Shown here in pieces: positions 63,907-64,000 of a stretch of 64,000 bases of DNA (positions are counted from its first letter, which is position 1; each line of letters starts with the position of its first letter). The translations under genes and the position numbers were made by a program. The stretch is from the NCBI RefSeq assembly GCF_037042905.1, contig NC_087251.1, positions 30,444,001 through 30,508,000 on the forward strand. Direction: 5' to 3'. Source of the stretch: Lytechinus pictus. Taxonomy: Eukaryota. Below the pieces are notes generated by a model. That model worked only from the letters and a program-made list of their open reading frames with translations. It was not told the origin of the DNA and ran no database searches.

Positions 63907-64000
63907 CATAAGCGGTTAACCCTTCCCCTACTTCTCCTTTCCACGGAGAGCGAAGAGGTACCGGTCTGACGTAGGATTCCTGTCGGGGTGCTGCCCCATA
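63907..64000 (-). CDS. Unknown gene, internal exon, truncated by window edge (...YGAAPRQESYVRPVPLRSPWKGEVGEGLTAY)
   Basis: Open frame ending G|GTGAGC, phase 1, compatible with next exon. Confidence 0.7.

Overview
AT-rich, repeat-dense animal (invertebrate deuterostome, sea-urchin-like by repeat content; inferred) genomic DNA. The main feature is a minus-strand, intron-rich gene for the PP2A regulatory subunit B56/B' of the gamma/delta class (PPP2R5C/D-like). I reconstructed 12 coding exons by hand from ATG at 52008 down to 2095 (1173 nt, 391 aa, all GT-AG and phase-consistent); the 3' exons lie beyond the left edge. At the right edge are the last three coding exons of a second, unidentified minus-strand gene (62647..>64000) that the ORF track misses. 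Introns and intergenic DNA are packed with non-autonomous TIR transposons (TTAA-, TA-, TAA- and CWG-targeting, plus 5-6 bp TSD types), two tRNA-derived SINE families and microsatellites. Most notable: (i) palindromic 6-bp insertions at TA sites (TA>TACATGTA, TACCGGTA, probably TAGGCCTA) that match the termini of TA-targeting elements in this window and look like large-scale excision footprints; (ii) a composite block in intron 1 with a palindrome, a ~287-bp tandem array and a two-box higher-order array; (iii) a candidate alternative first exon. Nearly all ORFs in the supplied track are spurious. No prokaryotic system or CRISPR is supported.
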